Counted from the stretch's first letter, positions 10,838-20,991 are shown. The stretch: 64,000 nt of DNA from Acidobacteriota bacterium (GCA_029781975.1 JAKOVQ010000003.1:188034-252033); one strand, 5' to 3'. The notes: a model not told the origin generated them from the sequence alone. Numbers and translations are program-made.

Positions 10838-11970
10838 CTTCGGAGCTCCCCCTCTCCGGGACGGTCGTCGTCGACCTCTCCCGGATGCTCCCGGGAGCCG
10901 TCCTCGTCAGGACGCTGGTCGACCTCGGGGCGAGGGTGATCAAGGTGGAGGACCCGGCCGGCGGCGACCCGATGCGGGCGACGCCGCCCCTCGTCGGCGG
11001 GACGGGCGTCGGCTTCGCGACGTTCTTCCGGGGCGTCGAGTCGGTGGCTCTCGACCTGAGGGGCGAGGCCGGGGCCGCGGCCGCGCGCCGCCTCGCCTCG
11101 CACGCCGACGTCCTCGTCGAGAGCTTCCGCCCCGGGACGCTGGAGCGCTGGGGGCTCGGCCTCGATCGCCTCCAGGCCCTCAACCCCGTCCTCGTCACCT
11201 GCTCCCTCTCGAGCTTCGGGACGGCGGGTCCGCTCGCCGGGCGGGTCGGTCACGACCTGAACTTCGTCGCGATGACCGGCCTCCTCGACCGGCTCGGCGC
11301 CTCCGGCGTCCCGCGGGTCCAGCTCGCCGACGTCACGGCCGGCCTCCTCGGGGCGGCGTCGGTCCTCTCCGCGCTCCTGCTGCGGCACCGGACGGGGCGC
11401 GGGAGCCGGATCGACCAGCCTCTCGTGACCGGGCCGCTCCCCTTCCTCGCCTGGGCCTTCGCGGAGGACGCGGCCGGGGGAGCGGACGTCGTGGGGGACC
11501 TTCTCGGCGGAGGGATGCCCGCCTACCGGACGTACGCGTGCGGAGACGGACGCCGCGTGGCGCTCGGCGCGCTCGAGCCGAAGTTCTGGGCCGGGCTGTG
11601 CGAGCTGGCGGGGCTCCCCGAGCACGCGGGGGACGGCCTCGACGGGGAGGCCGGCGGGCGGGCCGCGGCCGCCGCGCTGGAGGCGAAGCTCTCCGAGCGG
11701 CCCCGCGACGAGTGGCTGGAGAGGGCCGCGGCGAGGGGAATCCCTCTCACCGCGGTGAACGACCTTTCGGGCGGCCGCGCCGCGACGGCCGCCTGGTCCG
11801 AGGAGACGGCCGCACCGGGCGGCGGGACGATCGCCGCCCCCGGCCCGTTCCTGGGCGCCGCGCCGCGCGGGCGCCCGCTCCGGGCTGCGCCGGCCCTCGG
11901 CGCGGACACCGCGCGGGTCCTCTCCGAGGTGGGGTACACGGCCGAGGAGGCGCGACGCCTGGCGTCGTGA
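10834..11970 (+). CDS. CaiB/BaiF family CoA-transferase / alpha-methylacyl-CoA racemase-like
   Basis: GTG 10834 overlaps the ACAD stop. VVDLSRMLPG, DLGARVIKVE, DVLVESFRPG, GHDLNF, QLADVTAG, APALGADT. Confidence 0.88.
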   Translation: MTSELPLSGTVVVDLSRMLPGAVLVRTLVDLGARVIKVEDPAGGDPMRATPPLVGGTGVGFATFFRGVESVALDLRGEAGAAAARRLASHADVLVESFRPGTLERWGLGLDRLQALNPVLVTCSLSSFGTAGPLAGRVGHDLNFVAMTGLLDRLGASGVPRVQLADVTAGLLGAASVLSALLLRHRTGRGSRIDQPLVTGPLPFLAWAFAEDAAGGADVVGDLLGGGMPAYRTYACGDGRRVALGALEPKFWAGLCELAGLPEHAGDGLDGEAGGRAAAAALEAKLSERPRDEWLERAAARGIPLTAVNDLSGGRAATAAWSEETAAPGGGTIAAPGPFLGAAPRGRPLRAAPALGADTARVLSEVGYTAEEARRLAS

Positions 11971-12007
11971 GAGGGGCGCGCGGGCGCCCCGTGATTCGGG
12001 AGGCGAG

Positions 12008-12448
12008 ATGAGCACGTTCCCCCTGGCCCTGGTGATGATGGCTGCCGGCGCGATGATCGCGTTCCAGTCGCCGATCAACGCGTCCCTCGCCCGCAACGTC
12101 GGAGCGTTCGAGGCGGCGCTCGTCTCCTTCGCGACCGGGACCGGGCTCCTCCTCCTCGTGGTCCTCCTCCGGGGGAAGGGGAATGTCCGGGCGCTGGCCG
12201 GCGTCCCGGCGTGGCAGTACCTCGGCGGGCTCCTCGGGGCCGCCTACATCACGGCGATCATCCTGCTGGTGCCGCGGATCGGCGTCGGCTCGCTGATGGT
12301 GACGGCTCTGACGGGCCAGCTCGGGGCCGCCCTCCTGATCGACCGGATGGGGTGGTTCGGGCTCGCGGCGCGGCCGCTCGACGCCCGGCGTCTCGCGGCC
12401 GTGGCGCTCCTCTTCGTCGCGGTCCTCCTGATGACGGGGAGGAAGTGA
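12008..12448 (+). CDS. DMT family transporter (YdcZ/DUF606-like)
   Basis: 146 aa; AGAMIAFQSPINASL, WQYLGGLLGA, GQLGAALLIDRMGWFG. Confidence 0.85.
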   Translation: MSTFPLALVMMAAGAMIAFQSPINASLARNVGAFEAALVSFATGTGLLLLVVLLRGKGNVRALAGVPAWQYLGGLLGAAYITAIILLVPRIGVGSLMVTALTGQLGAALLIDRMGWFGLAARPLDARRLAAVALLFVAVLLMTGRK

Positions 12449-12458
12449 CGCCGGGCGG

Positions 12459-13358
12459 TCAGGCGCCCGCGACGGCCGCGACGACCTCGCTCCGGGGCCG
12501 CGGCCCGTGGAGGATCGAGCGGACGAGGTTCGCCGTCGTCGCGTCGCCGAACGTCAGGACGTAGAACCGCGACGACGTGGTGAGGCCGAGCCGCCTCACG
12601 ATCGCCCGGACCGAGCGCCCCTCCCCGGCCAGCCGCTTCACCGTCCCCTCGAGCTCCCGCATCCACTGGAGCTTCGCCCGGATCGCCTCCTTGCCGCCGG
12701 TGAAGCGCGGCCGGTGGGCGCAGAGGAGGGCGTCGAAGTCGAGCGCGAGGAACCGCTCCAGCGTCGCGCAGCTCTCGTGGAAGTCCTCGTCGCCCCGGAA
12801 GATCTTGATCTTCTCGGCGACGAAGGCGTCCCCCGAGAAGAGCCACCCCTCCCCGGGGACGAAGAGCGCAAGCTGGTCGATCGCGTGGCCCGAGGCGGGG
12901 ATCACGCGGGCGACGTGGCGCCCGAGCGGGACCGTCTCGCCCGTCGCGCCGGCGGCGACGGGGTCCGCCTCGCCCCAGAGGACGTGCTGGTAGAAGCGGC
13001 GGGGGAGGTCGCGGGCGACGAGCCGCACGCCCGTCGGGGTCGCCACCACCTCGGCGCCGAGCCGCGCGAGGAGGGCTGCGTTCCCCGAGTGGTCCTCGTG
13101 GTGGTGCGTCAGGACGGCGCGGCCGATCCTCGCATCGCGCGCGAACGCCTCGACCTCGGGCGCCACGGACGAGATCCCGGTGTCGACGAGCGTGTCGCCG
13201 ACGCCGTAGCAGTAGACCGGGAGGATCTCGTTCCCGAGGTAGGTCCGCGACATCCTGAGGACCGAGATCCCCTGGAACGCGGTCCGCTCGAACCGGTGGC
13301 CCGCCGGGAAGGGGAAGCGCCGCCAGAACGGGTCGAGGAGGTGGTAGAGGGGACGCAC
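12459..13358 (-). CDS. MBL-fold metallo-hydrolase
   Basis: LVDTG, THHHEDHSG (HxHxDH), GHAIDQ, LFSGD, CAH. Confidence 0.85.
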   Translation of the reverse strand: MRPLYHLLDPFWRRFPFPAGHRFERTAFQGISVLRMSRTYLGNEILPVYCYGVGDTLVDTGISSVAPEVEAFARDARIGRAVLTHHHEDHSGNAALLARLGAEVVATPTGVRLVARDLPRRFYQHVLWGEADPVAAGATGETVPLGRHVARVIPASGHAIDQLALFVPGEGWLFSGDAFVAEKIKIFRGDEDFHESCATLERFLALDFDALLCAHRPRFTGGKEAIRAKLQWMRELEGTVKRLAGEGRSVRAIVRRLGLTTSSRFYVLTFGDATTANLVRSILHGPRPRSEVVAAVAGA

Positions 13359-13368
13359 CCGGGAATGA

Positions 13369-15192
13369 TCAGGCCGTTTTCGCCACCGGGTCCCCCGTCC
13401 GCGCCGCGCGGGCGGGGTCGAGGGCGTCGCGCGTCGCCTCGTAGCCGTGGGCGACGAGCTCGTCGAGGGCGGCGAAGTCGGTGGGCGAGTAGCGGTCGAG
13501 CGGCGGGCGGACGAGGAGGTCGGCGGCGGCCTCCTGGCGGGAGACGTCGCCGCCGAAGAGGGCGGCCCCGAGGAGGAGGTCGAAGAGGAGCGGCGGCTTC
13601 TCCTTCGCCCTGGCCCGGAAGTGGCGGGCGAGCGCGCGGGTCCCGGAGGGGGCCGGGCCGATGCCGACCCCCGGGAAGCCGAGGCCGGTCCGCGCGGCGA
13701 CGTCGACGCCGATCACCGTCCCGACGCCCGAGGCCCGCATCTCCGGCGTCGGGAGGATGCTGGCGACGCAGCCGTCGACGAGGATGTCGCCGTCGCGGAC
13801 GATCGGCGGGCCGACGCCCGGGATCGCCATGCTCGCCAGAACCCAGGTCGCCAGCGGGCCGTCCCGGTGGATCTCCAGCCTGTTCTTCGTGATGTTGGTC
13901 GAGACGCAGAAGTACGGGACCCCGAGGTCCTCGACGAGCGTCGTCCCGAACCAGGCCTCCACCATCCGCATGAAGGCGCGGCCGGAGATGAGCGACGTTG
14001 CGGGGACGACGAGCTGGAAGAGAGGGCCCGACTTCAGGAAGCGCTTCCGCGTCTCGCGGACCATGTGGTCGAGGTCCCCGGAGACGGCGAAGAAGGCGCC
14101 GAAGAGCGCTCCGCCGCTGCTCCCGCCGATCGCGTCGATCGGGACCCCGGCCTCGCGCAGCGCGCGGAGCGCCCCGAGGTGGGCGAAGGTGCGGGCGCCT
14201 CCCCCTCCGAGGACGAGGCCGTGGGCCTTCCCGAGGAGGAAGCGGACGAGGCGCGCCGCGTCCTCGCCGCCCCGCGCCGACACGAAGTGGTGCCGCGAGA
14301 CCTTCCGGTCCTTCAGCCAGCCGCTCGCGGAGGAGCCCCCCTTCCCGTCGTCGAGGAGGACCAGCTCGCGCTCGGCGAGGCCGGTCGCGACCGGGAGGAG
14401 CTCCCGCTCGAGCGGGCCGAGGGCGGGGGGCGCCGACCGCCGGCCGGCCAGGATCACCCGGTCCGCCTGGCGGAGCGACAGGCGGCTCCATTCGCTCGGC
14501 CCGGGGTCGCCGAGGTAGACGACGACGGTGTAGTCGCGCTCGATCTCGTTGAGCCAGCGCCGCGTGGCGGCCCCCTTCGGATCGGACGCGGGGGCCTGCG
14601 CGTGGCCCGGGCCGAGCTTCTCGTCGACGAACGCGCTCGTCACGACGAGGACCCGGCCGCTCCTGCCGATCTCCGCGGCGACGAGCCGCGCCACCTCCTC
14701 CTCGGCCGGGGCGGCTCCCGCGCGGACGATCGCCACCGTGGAGACGGGCCGCGGCGCGGGCGTTCCGCTCGAGGCGAGCTGGAGCCGCTTCATGATCTTC
14801 CGCGCCAGCTCGACCGCCGTGTCGGGGCGGTTCGCGACGAGCCGCTGGAAGCCCTCGCGCGAGAGCTGGACGAGGGCGGTGTCGCGGACGGCGACGACGG
14901 TCGCCGACCGCGGGGCCCCGGTCAGGAGCGACCCTTCGCCGACCAGCTCGAGGTCGCCCAGCTCCGCGAGGCGGACGTCCTGGCCCGAGGAGGTCCTCAC
15001 GACGACGGCCAGCCGGCCGTGGTCGACGATGTAGAGGCTGTCTCCCGCGTCCCCCTGCCGGAAGAGGACCTCGCCCCCCGCGAGCTGCAGCGGGCGGAGC
15101 TCGACGGCGAGCCGGGCGAGGTCGGAGTTGTCGAGCTGGCTGAACGCCTCGGAGACCTTCCGCCTCCGGATGACCGCGGTTTCCCCCTCCAT
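13369..15192 (-). CDS. cNMP-binding domain + patatin-like phospholipase (NTE/RssA-like)
   Basis: ATG 15192 overlaps the desaturase stop. cNMP domain (LFRQGDAGDSLYIV...GEGSLLTGAPRSATV); patatin GGGGAR, GSSGG (GxSxG) and DGC. Confidence 0.88.
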   Translation of the reverse strand: MEGETAVIRRRKVSEAFSQLDNSDLARLAVELRPLQLAGGEVLFRQGDAGDSLYIVDHGRLAVVVRTSSGQDVRLAELGDLELVGEGSLLTGAPRSATVVAVRDTALVQLSREGFQRLVANRPDTAVELARKIMKRLQLASSGTPAPRPVSTVAIVRAGAAPAEEEVARLVAAEIGRSGRVLVVTSAFVDEKLGPGHAQAPASDPKGAATRRWLNEIERDYTVVVYLGDPGPSEWSRLSLRQADRVILAGRRSAPPALGPLERELLPVATGLAERELVLLDDGKGGSSASGWLKDRKVSRHHFVSARGGEDAARLVRFLLGKAHGLVLGGGGARTFAHLGALRALREAGVPIDAIGGSSGGALFGAFFAVSGDLDHMVRETRKRFLKSGPLFQLVVPATSLISGRAFMRMVEAWFGTTLVEDLGVPYFCVSTNITKNRLEIHRDGPLATWVLASMAIPGVGPPIVRDGDILVDGCVASILPTPEMRASGVGTVIGVDVAARTGLGFPGVGIGPAPSGTRALARHFRARAKEKPPLLFDLLLGAALFGGDVSRQEAAADLLVRPPLDRYSPTDFAALDELVAHGYEATRDALDPARAARTGDPVAKTA

Positions 15193-16247
15193 CAGCTCTC
15201 GGTGGCTCCGGCGGGCGCGACCGTCACGGTCTCCTTCGGGTGGAAGGCGACCCGCGCGCTCGCGGCGAGGGCCTCGCCCCACCCGAGGAGACGGTAGGGG
15301 TAGCCGTGCCGCGCGAAGGTCTCGCGGACGAGCGGGGCGAGGCGCCTGTAGTGGACGTGGGGGAGACCGGGGAAGAGGTGGTGCTCCAGCTGGAACTGGA
15401 GCCCCGAGAGGAAGAAGGAGCTCAGCGTCCCGGCCCGGTAGTCGATCGTCGTCGCGGCCTGGCGGAGGACCAGGTCGTCGGGGAAGGCGTCCTTCGAGTA
15501 GAACGCGCAGGAGTGCGGGATGTGGGCGGGGGTGAAGATGAGGAAGAGGGCGACCGACAGGAGGACGTCCCGTCCGACGTTCAGGGCCACGGCCTGGAGG
15601 GGGGACGCGAGGGTCCAGGGGAGGACCCACCAGAGGGTCACGTAGAGGACGAACGCGCCGAGGTCCGCCGCCGTCGCCCGGCGGGAGGGGCCCTTGAAGA
15701 GCCGCCCGATCGCGTGGGCGACGCCGAGGACCCTCATGTTGTGCGACATCAGGAGGGCTCCGACCGGCATGAAGAGGAAGCCCTGGATCCGCCGCTGGTA
15801 GAAGCGGAGGAGCCGGGAGCCGCCGACCTGCGAGTCGGCGAGGGCGAACCAGGGCTGGAACTCGTGGTCCGGGTCGACGCCGTCCACGTTCGGGGAGCCG
15901 TGGTGGAGGACGTTGTGCTTCTGCCGCCAGTAGGTGATCGAGAGGCCGAGGAGGATCGGGTAGCCGAGGATCGCCAGGAGGTCGTTGATCCAGCGCCGCT
16001 CGCTCGTGGCGCCGTGGGCCGACGTGTGGGTGTTCGTCCCCACGCCGACGCTCCCGAGCGCGGTGACGAGCAGCCCGGCCGTCTTCGGCGCGAAGCCGTC
16101 CGCGGCGAAGAAGAGGACCACGCCCCCCGCGAGGAGGGAGACGTGGACGGCGAGCTCGACGAGGATCCGGCCGGGGACCTTGCGCTGCAGGCCGGCGCGG
16201 ACGAGCGCGGAGCGGATCTCGGCGAGAGCGGCGGTGCCTGGGCGCAT
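15192..16247 (-). CDS. Fatty acid (acyl-CoA/lipid) desaturase, front-end type
   Basis: ATG 16247 with GAGGAG RBS. His boxes HTSAH, HNVLHH and QLEHHLFP; TM segments. Confidence 0.88.
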   Translation of the reverse strand: MRPGTAALAEIRSALVRAGLQRKVPGRILVELAVHVSLLAGGVVLFFAADGFAPKTAGLLVTALGSVGVGTNTHTSAHGATSERRWINDLLAILGYPILLGLSITYWRQKHNVLHHGSPNVDGVDPDHEFQPWFALADSQVGGSRLLRFYQRRIQGFLFMPVGALLMSHNMRVLGVAHAIGRLFKGPSRRATAADLGAFVLYVTLWWVLPWTLASPLQAVALNVGRDVLLSVALFLIFTPAHIPHSCAFYSKDAFPDDLVLRQAATTIDYRAGTLSSFFLSGLQFQLEHHLFPGLPHVHYRRLAPLVRETFARHGYPYRLLGWGEALAASARVAFHPKETVTVAPAGATES

Positions 16248-16337
16248 GGTGAACGTCTCCTCGGCGGGCGGGGCTGCCCGATCATCCGGCGGCCGGATGA
16301 TCCGGGTCGGAACGCCCGGACGCAAGTCCGCGTGCGA

Positions 16338-17843
16338 TCAGACGGGCGAGCTGCGCCGGGCCACGACGCGCGCCGACCGCCCGGGGAGCGAGAGCTGCGG
16401 CCTCGCGGCCTCCTCGCTCCCGCCGCCCGCGAGCGCGTCGACCCAGGGCTCCGGGCCGAGGTCGGGAAGGGTGACGGAGGCCGGCTCGCGGCCGGCGTTG
16501 AACGCAGCGACGACGGTCTCGCCGCCGAGCCGTCGGGCGAACGCGTAGACGCTCCCCTCGGCGAGGAGCGGCTCGAAGGAGCCCCGCCTCAGGGCGGGGT
16601 GCGCGCGCCGCAGGGCGATCGCCCGGCGGTACGCCCCGTGAAGCCCCTGGTCCCAGCGCGCCTCGTCCCACGGAAAGGCCTTCCGGCAGTCGGGGTCGCA
16701 TCCCCCGGTGAGGCCGACCTCGTCCCCCCACGTGACGCAGGGGGCTCCGGGGACGGTGCAGAGGAAGAGGAAGGCGAGCTCGAGCGCCGTTCGGTCGCCC
16801 CCCGCCGACGTCAGGTACCGGGGGGTGTCGTGGCTCCCGAGGAGGTTCAGCTGGACGTCCCGGACGGCCGGGTCGTAGAGCGCCATCACCCGCTCGATCT
16901 CCGCCCCGAAGGCGCTCGCGTCGAGGGGCCTCACGTCGCGGTAGCTGAAGACGCGCCGGGTCAGGTCGGTCTCGAGGGTCCCGGCCGCGAAGAAGCCGAG
17001 GAGCGCCTTCGTCAGGAGGTAGTTCATCACCGCGTCGAACTGGTCGCCCCGGAGCCACCGGCCCGCCTCGTGCCAGATCTCCCCGACGAGGTAGGCGTCG
17101 GGGTTCGCCCCCTTCACGCGGTCGCGGAAGGCGCGCCAGAAGGAGTCGTCGTCGATCTCCGCCGGGACGTCGAGCCGCCAGCCGTCGATCCCGAAGCGGA
17201 TCCACCGCTCGGCGACGTCGAGGAGGTACTCCCGGACGGCGGGGTTCGACGTGTTCAGCTTCGGGAGCGCCGGCAGGTCCCACCAGGCCTCGTACCCGAG
17301 GGCCTCGAGGCTCCCGCGGGGGCGCGCGCTCCGGCGTCCCGGCCGGGGGACCGGGTAGGCGTCGACGGGCCGTCCCCGCGCGAGCCTCGCCCGGTCGACG
17401 TGGAACCAGTCGAGGTAGGGCGAGGCGGCGCCGTTCTCGAGGAGGTGGTGGAAGGGGTAGAAGCCCCGCCCCGTGTGGTTGAAGACGCCGTCGAGGACGA
17501 CGCGCATCCCGCGCGCGTGCGCGGCGTCGAGGAGCTCGCGCAGGGCCGCGTCGCCCCCGAGGATCGGGTCGACCCGGTGGTAGTCGTAGGTGTGATAGCG
17601 GTGGTTCGCCGCCGAGGCGAAGACCGGCGTCAGGTAGAGCGCGTTCACGCCGAGGTCGCCGAGGTAGCCGAGCCGCTCGGCGACCCCGAGGAGGTCGCCC
17701 CCCTTGAAGCCGTGGGTCGTGGGAGGGGCGTCCCACGGCTCGAGCCCCGCGGGCTTCGGGACCCGCGCGCTGGACGCGAACCGGTCGGGGAAGACCAGGT
17801 AGAAGACGGCGTCGCGGACCCAGTCGGGAGTCTCGGGTGCCAT
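16338..17843 (-). CDS. Glycoside hydrolase family 13 (neopullulanase/cyclomaltodextrinase-like)
   Basis: ATG 17843 (MAPETPDWVRDAVFYLVFPDRF); DGVFNH, DGWRLDV, GEIW, LLGSHDT, GDEVG. Confidence 0.92.
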   Translation of the reverse strand: MAPETPDWVRDAVFYLVFPDRFASSARVPKPAGLEPWDAPPTTHGFKGGDLLGVAERLGYLGDLGVNALYLTPVFASAANHRYHTYDYHRVDPILGGDAALRELLDAAHARGMRVVLDGVFNHTGRGFYPFHHLLENGAASPYLDWFHVDRARLARGRPVDAYPVPRPGRRSARPRGSLEALGYEAWWDLPALPKLNTSNPAVREYLLDVAERWIRFGIDGWRLDVPAEIDDDSFWRAFRDRVKGANPDAYLVGEIWHEAGRWLRGDQFDAVMNYLLTKALLGFFAAGTLETDLTRRVFSYRDVRPLDASAFGAEIERVMALYDPAVRDVQLNLLGSHDTPRYLTSAGGDRTALELAFLFLCTVPGAPCVTWGDEVGLTGGCDPDCRKAFPWDEARWDQGLHGAYRRAIALRRAHPALRRGSFEPLLAEGSVYAFARRLGGETVVAAFNAGREPASVTLPDLGPEPWVDALAGGGSEEAARPQLSLPGRSARVVARRSSPV

Positions 17844-17926
17844 GCGACGGACTCTACGACGCCCGCGGGCGCCGGAGCGGGGAAGGGGGCGAGGGGCGGC
17901 CGGGAGCCGCCCCTCGCCGGGCCGGG

Positions 17927-18649
17927 CTACTTCTTCTTCGGCTGGGGCGGCGCCGCGGGGGCCGCGGGGGTCGGCTTCACGTCGAGGAGCTCGACCTCGA
18001 AGACGAGGGTGGAGCCCCCCTTGATGTTCGGCGGGGCGCCCTGGTCGCCGTAGGCCGTGTCCGACGGGCAGACGATCTGGCTCTTGCCCCCGACCTTCAT
18101 CGTCTGGACCGCGTCGGTCCAGCACTTGATGACGCCGTTCAGCGGGAACTCGGCGGGCTGGCCGCGCTTGATCGAGCTGTCGAAGACGGTGCCGTCGAGA
18201 AGGGTCCCCTGGTAGTGGACCTTCACCGTGTCGGTCGCCTTGGGCGACGCGCCGGTGCCCGGCTTGATCACCTTGACGAGCTCGCCGTTGGGGAGCTTCT
18301 TGTAGCCCGGCTCCCCGGCGGTCTTCGCGAGGTAGGCCTCGCCCTTCTTCTTCTCGGTGGCCGCGGCGGCGGCCGAGCGGCCCTGCGCGAAGCCCTGGAG
18401 CTTCGGCCCGTAGACCTCGAGCTGCACCTTCGGGGTCTTGTTCAGGACGCCGTCCGTCAGGCCGGCCTTGACCATCTCGAGGTCGGTCGCGGTCAGGTTG
18501 AGCGTCTGGAGGTTCCGGCTGATGACGAGGCCCAGCGCGTAGAGCGTCTTCTCGTCCTCGGTCTTGGGGTCCGCCGGAGGCTGCGCGACGAGCGCGGGAG
18601 CCAGGACGAGGCAGGCGGCGAGCAGGGCGGCGAACGGGGTCTTTCTCAT
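17927..18649 (-). CDS. FKBP-type peptidyl-prolyl cis-trans isomerase (FkpA/Mip-like, exported)
   Basis: Signal peptide; N-terminal dimerisation segment (LYALG); VHYQGTLLDGTVFDSS, FPLNGVIKCW, AYG, TLVFEVELL. Confidence 0.93.
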   Translation of the reverse strand: MRKTPFAALLAACLVLAPALVAQPPADPKTEDEKTLYALGLVISRNLQTLNLTATDLEMVKAGLTDGVLNKTPKVQLEVYGPKLQGFAQGRSAAAAATEKKKGEAYLAKTAGEPGYKKLPNGELVKVIKPGTGASPKATDTVKVHYQGTLLDGTVFDSSIKRGQPAEFPLNGVIKCWTDAVQTMKVGGKSQIVCPSDTAYGDQGAPPNIKGGSTLVFEVELLDVKPTPAAPAAPPQPKKK

Positions 18650-18833
18650 CTGGGGCCTTTCTTGCTTTTCTCTCCGGCGTCTCCTGCGTCCCGCCGTCCG
18701 GGCGGTGGGCAGACCGGCGGCGCGGAGTCTACTCCCCGGGGCGCTTGGACCGTCACGGATTCCCTCCCGGCCGCCGGGGCTGGCATAGTCGGCGGACGTC
18801 CGGCCCCCCGAGGCCCCGGACGCGGAGGTCTCG

Positions 18834-20162
18834 ATGACGCGATCCCTCGTGATCCCCCTCCTCGCGCTCTCGCTCCCCGCCCTCGCCGCCGGTCCGGCTG
18901 CCGATTCCCTGAAGGCCCGCGTCGACGCGGTCGTCGCGCCCCTTTCGGCGGTGGCTCCAGGCCTCGAGGAGCTCTACCTGGACCTCCACCGCCACCCCGA
19001 GCTCTCGTTCCAGGAGAAGGAGACCGCCCGGAAGCTCGCGGCGCGGCTGAAGGAGGCCGGCTTCGAGGTGACCGAAGGGGTGGGCGGGAACGGCGTCGTC
19101 GGGATCCTCCGGAACGGCGACGGCCCGGTCGTGATGCTCCGGACCGACCTCGACGCCCTCCCGGTGAAGGAGACGACCGGGGTCCCGTACGCCAGCGCGG
19201 TCGTCGCGAAGGACGACTCGGGCGCGGCGGTCCCGGTGATGCACGCCTGCGGCCACGACCTCCACATGTCGGTCTGGACGGGGGCCGCGACGCTCCTGGC
19301 GCGGGGGAAGTCGCGGTGGCGCGGGACGCTGATGGTGATCGGCCAGCCCGCCGAGGAGCGGGGGAGCGGGGCGCAGAAGATGCTGGACGACGGCCTCTTC
19401 ACCCGCTTCCCGAAGCCGTCGTTCGCCCTCGCGCTCCACGACACGAACGACCTCCCGGCGGGCAAGGCCGGCGTGACGCCCGGCTACGCGCTCGCGAACG
19501 TCGACTCGGTCGACGTCACGATCCACGGCCGCGGCGGCCACGGCGCGGCGCCCCAGTTCACCGTCGACCCGATCGTCCTCGGCGCCAAGATCGTCCTGGC
19601 CCTCCAGACGCTGGTGTCGCGCGAGCGGAGCCCGTTCGACCCGGCCGTCGTCACCGTCGGCGCGTTCCAGGCCGGGACCAAGCACAACATCATCCCGTCG
19701 GAGGCGACGCTCAAGATCACCGTCCGCTCGTACAGCGACGAGGTGCGCCAGCGGCTCCTCGACGGGATTCGGCGGATCACCGCGGGCGAGGCGATCGCCT
19801 CCGGCGCCCCGGCGGCCCCGGACGTCGTCCTCTCCGAGCCGACCCCGTCGGTCTACAACGACCCCGTCCTGACGGGCCGGGTCAAGGGGGCCCTCGCCGC
19901 CGTCCTCGGGCCGGCCAACGTCGTCGACGTCCCGCCCGCGACGTTCAGCGAGGACTTCGCCCTCTACGGCCGGGCGGGAGTCCCGGCGACGATCTTCTGG
20001 CTCGGCGCGGCCGACCCGAAGGCCCTCGCCGAGGCGAAGGCCGCCGGGCGGACTCTTCCCCCGCTCCACTCGGGCGAGTTCGTCCCCGACTACGCGCCGG
20101 CGATCCGGACCGGGGTCACCTCGATGGTCGCCGCGGCGCTCGAGGTGCTGGGCAAGCCGTAG
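18834..20162 (+). CDS. M20D family amidohydrolase (exported)
   Basis: Signal peptide; LHRHPELSFQE, RTDLDALP, MHACGHD, QPAEE, SEDF, HS. Confidence 0.9.
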   Translation: MTRSLVIPLLALSLPALAAGPAADSLKARVDAVVAPLSAVAPGLEELYLDLHRHPELSFQEKETARKLAARLKEAGFEVTEGVGGNGVVGILRNGDGPVVMLRTDLDALPVKETTGVPYASAVVAKDDSGAAVPVMHACGHDLHMSVWTGAATLLARGKSRWRGTLMVIGQPAEERGSGAQKMLDDGLFTRFPKPSFALALHDTNDLPAGKAGVTPGYALANVDSVDVTIHGRGGHGAAPQFTVDPIVLGAKIVLALQTLVSRERSPFDPAVVTVGAFQAGTKHNIIPSEATLKITVRSYSDEVRQRLLDGIRRITAGEAIASGAPAAPDVVLSEPTPSVYNDPVLTGRVKGALAAVLGPANVVDVPPATFSEDFALYGRAGVPATIFWLGAADPKALAEAKAAGRTLPPLHSGEFVPDYAPAIRTGVTSMVAAALEVLGKP

Positions 20163-20206
20163 CGCGGGAGCGCCGGACCTCCGTGCCGCGGCGGACCGGG
20201 CGCTCG

Positions 20207-20986
20207 TCAGCCGTCGAGCCGCTCGAGAGCGCCCAGGACGGCGTCGAGCGCGTCGCTCGCCCGCGCGGCGATCCTCACGTCCACCGAGTCGGAGACGACG
20301 GTCCGGTCGGGGTTGACCTCGACGGTCCCCGCGCCCCACCTCCGCGCGAGGAGGACCGGCGCGGCGACGTAGGGGAAGACGCTCGTCGTGCCGATCGAGA
20401 AGACGGCGTCGAAGCCCCGCGAGAGCTCGTCCTCCAGCCGGGAGACGGCGGCCCCGGGGAGGAGCTCCCCGAACAGGACCACCGCCGGCCGCACGAGCCC
20501 GCCGCAGCGGGGGCAGCGGGGAGGGAAGGCGAGGGAGGAGTAGTCGGGGACGCGCTCCTCCCACGGGCACCGCGTGCAGACGAGGTCGTGGAAGTCCCCG
20601 TGGATCTCGATGACGTCGCGCGAGCCGGCGTCGCGGTGGAGGCCGTCGACGTTCTGCGTCAGGACGACGCACCGCTCGAGCCGGTCCTGGAGCCGCGCGA
20701 TCGCCTCGTGCGCCCGGTTCGGCCGCGCGCCGCGGCAGGCCTCCTCCACGGCCCGGAGGTACTTCCACGTCACCTCGGGACGGGCCGCCATCGTCTCGCC
20801 CGAGAGGAGCTCCTCGATCGGGAGCCCCTCCTCGGTGACGCCCGTGTCGTAGAGCCCTCCGACCCCGCGGTACGTCGGGAGGCCGGAGTCGGCGGAGATC
20901 CCCGCCCCCGTCACGAAGAGGACCGAGCGGGCGCGGCCGAGGAGCCGGGCCGCCGCGTCGACGGCGGCCGGGTCGAGCTCGGCCAC
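20207..20986 (-). CDS. cobB: NAD-dependent protein deacylase (sirtuin)
   Basis: GTG 20986; TGAGISADSGLPTYRG, TQNVDGLH, EIHG, Zn motifs CTRC/CPRC, RPAVVLFGE, GTT, VNP. Confidence 0.9.
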   Translation of the reverse strand: MAELDPAAVDAAARLLGRARSVLFVTGAGISADSGLPTYRGVGGLYDTGVTEEGLPIEELLSGETMAARPEVTWKYLRAVEEACRGARPNRAHEAIARLQDRLERCVVLTQNVDGLHRDAGSRDVIEIHGDFHDLVCTRCPWEERVPDYSSLAFPPRCPRCGGLVRPAVVLFGELLPGAAVSRLEDELSRGFDAVFSIGTTSVFPYVAAPVLLARRWGAGTVEVNPDRTVVSDSVDVRIAARASDALDAVLGALERLDG

Positions 20987-20991
20987 CCCGC

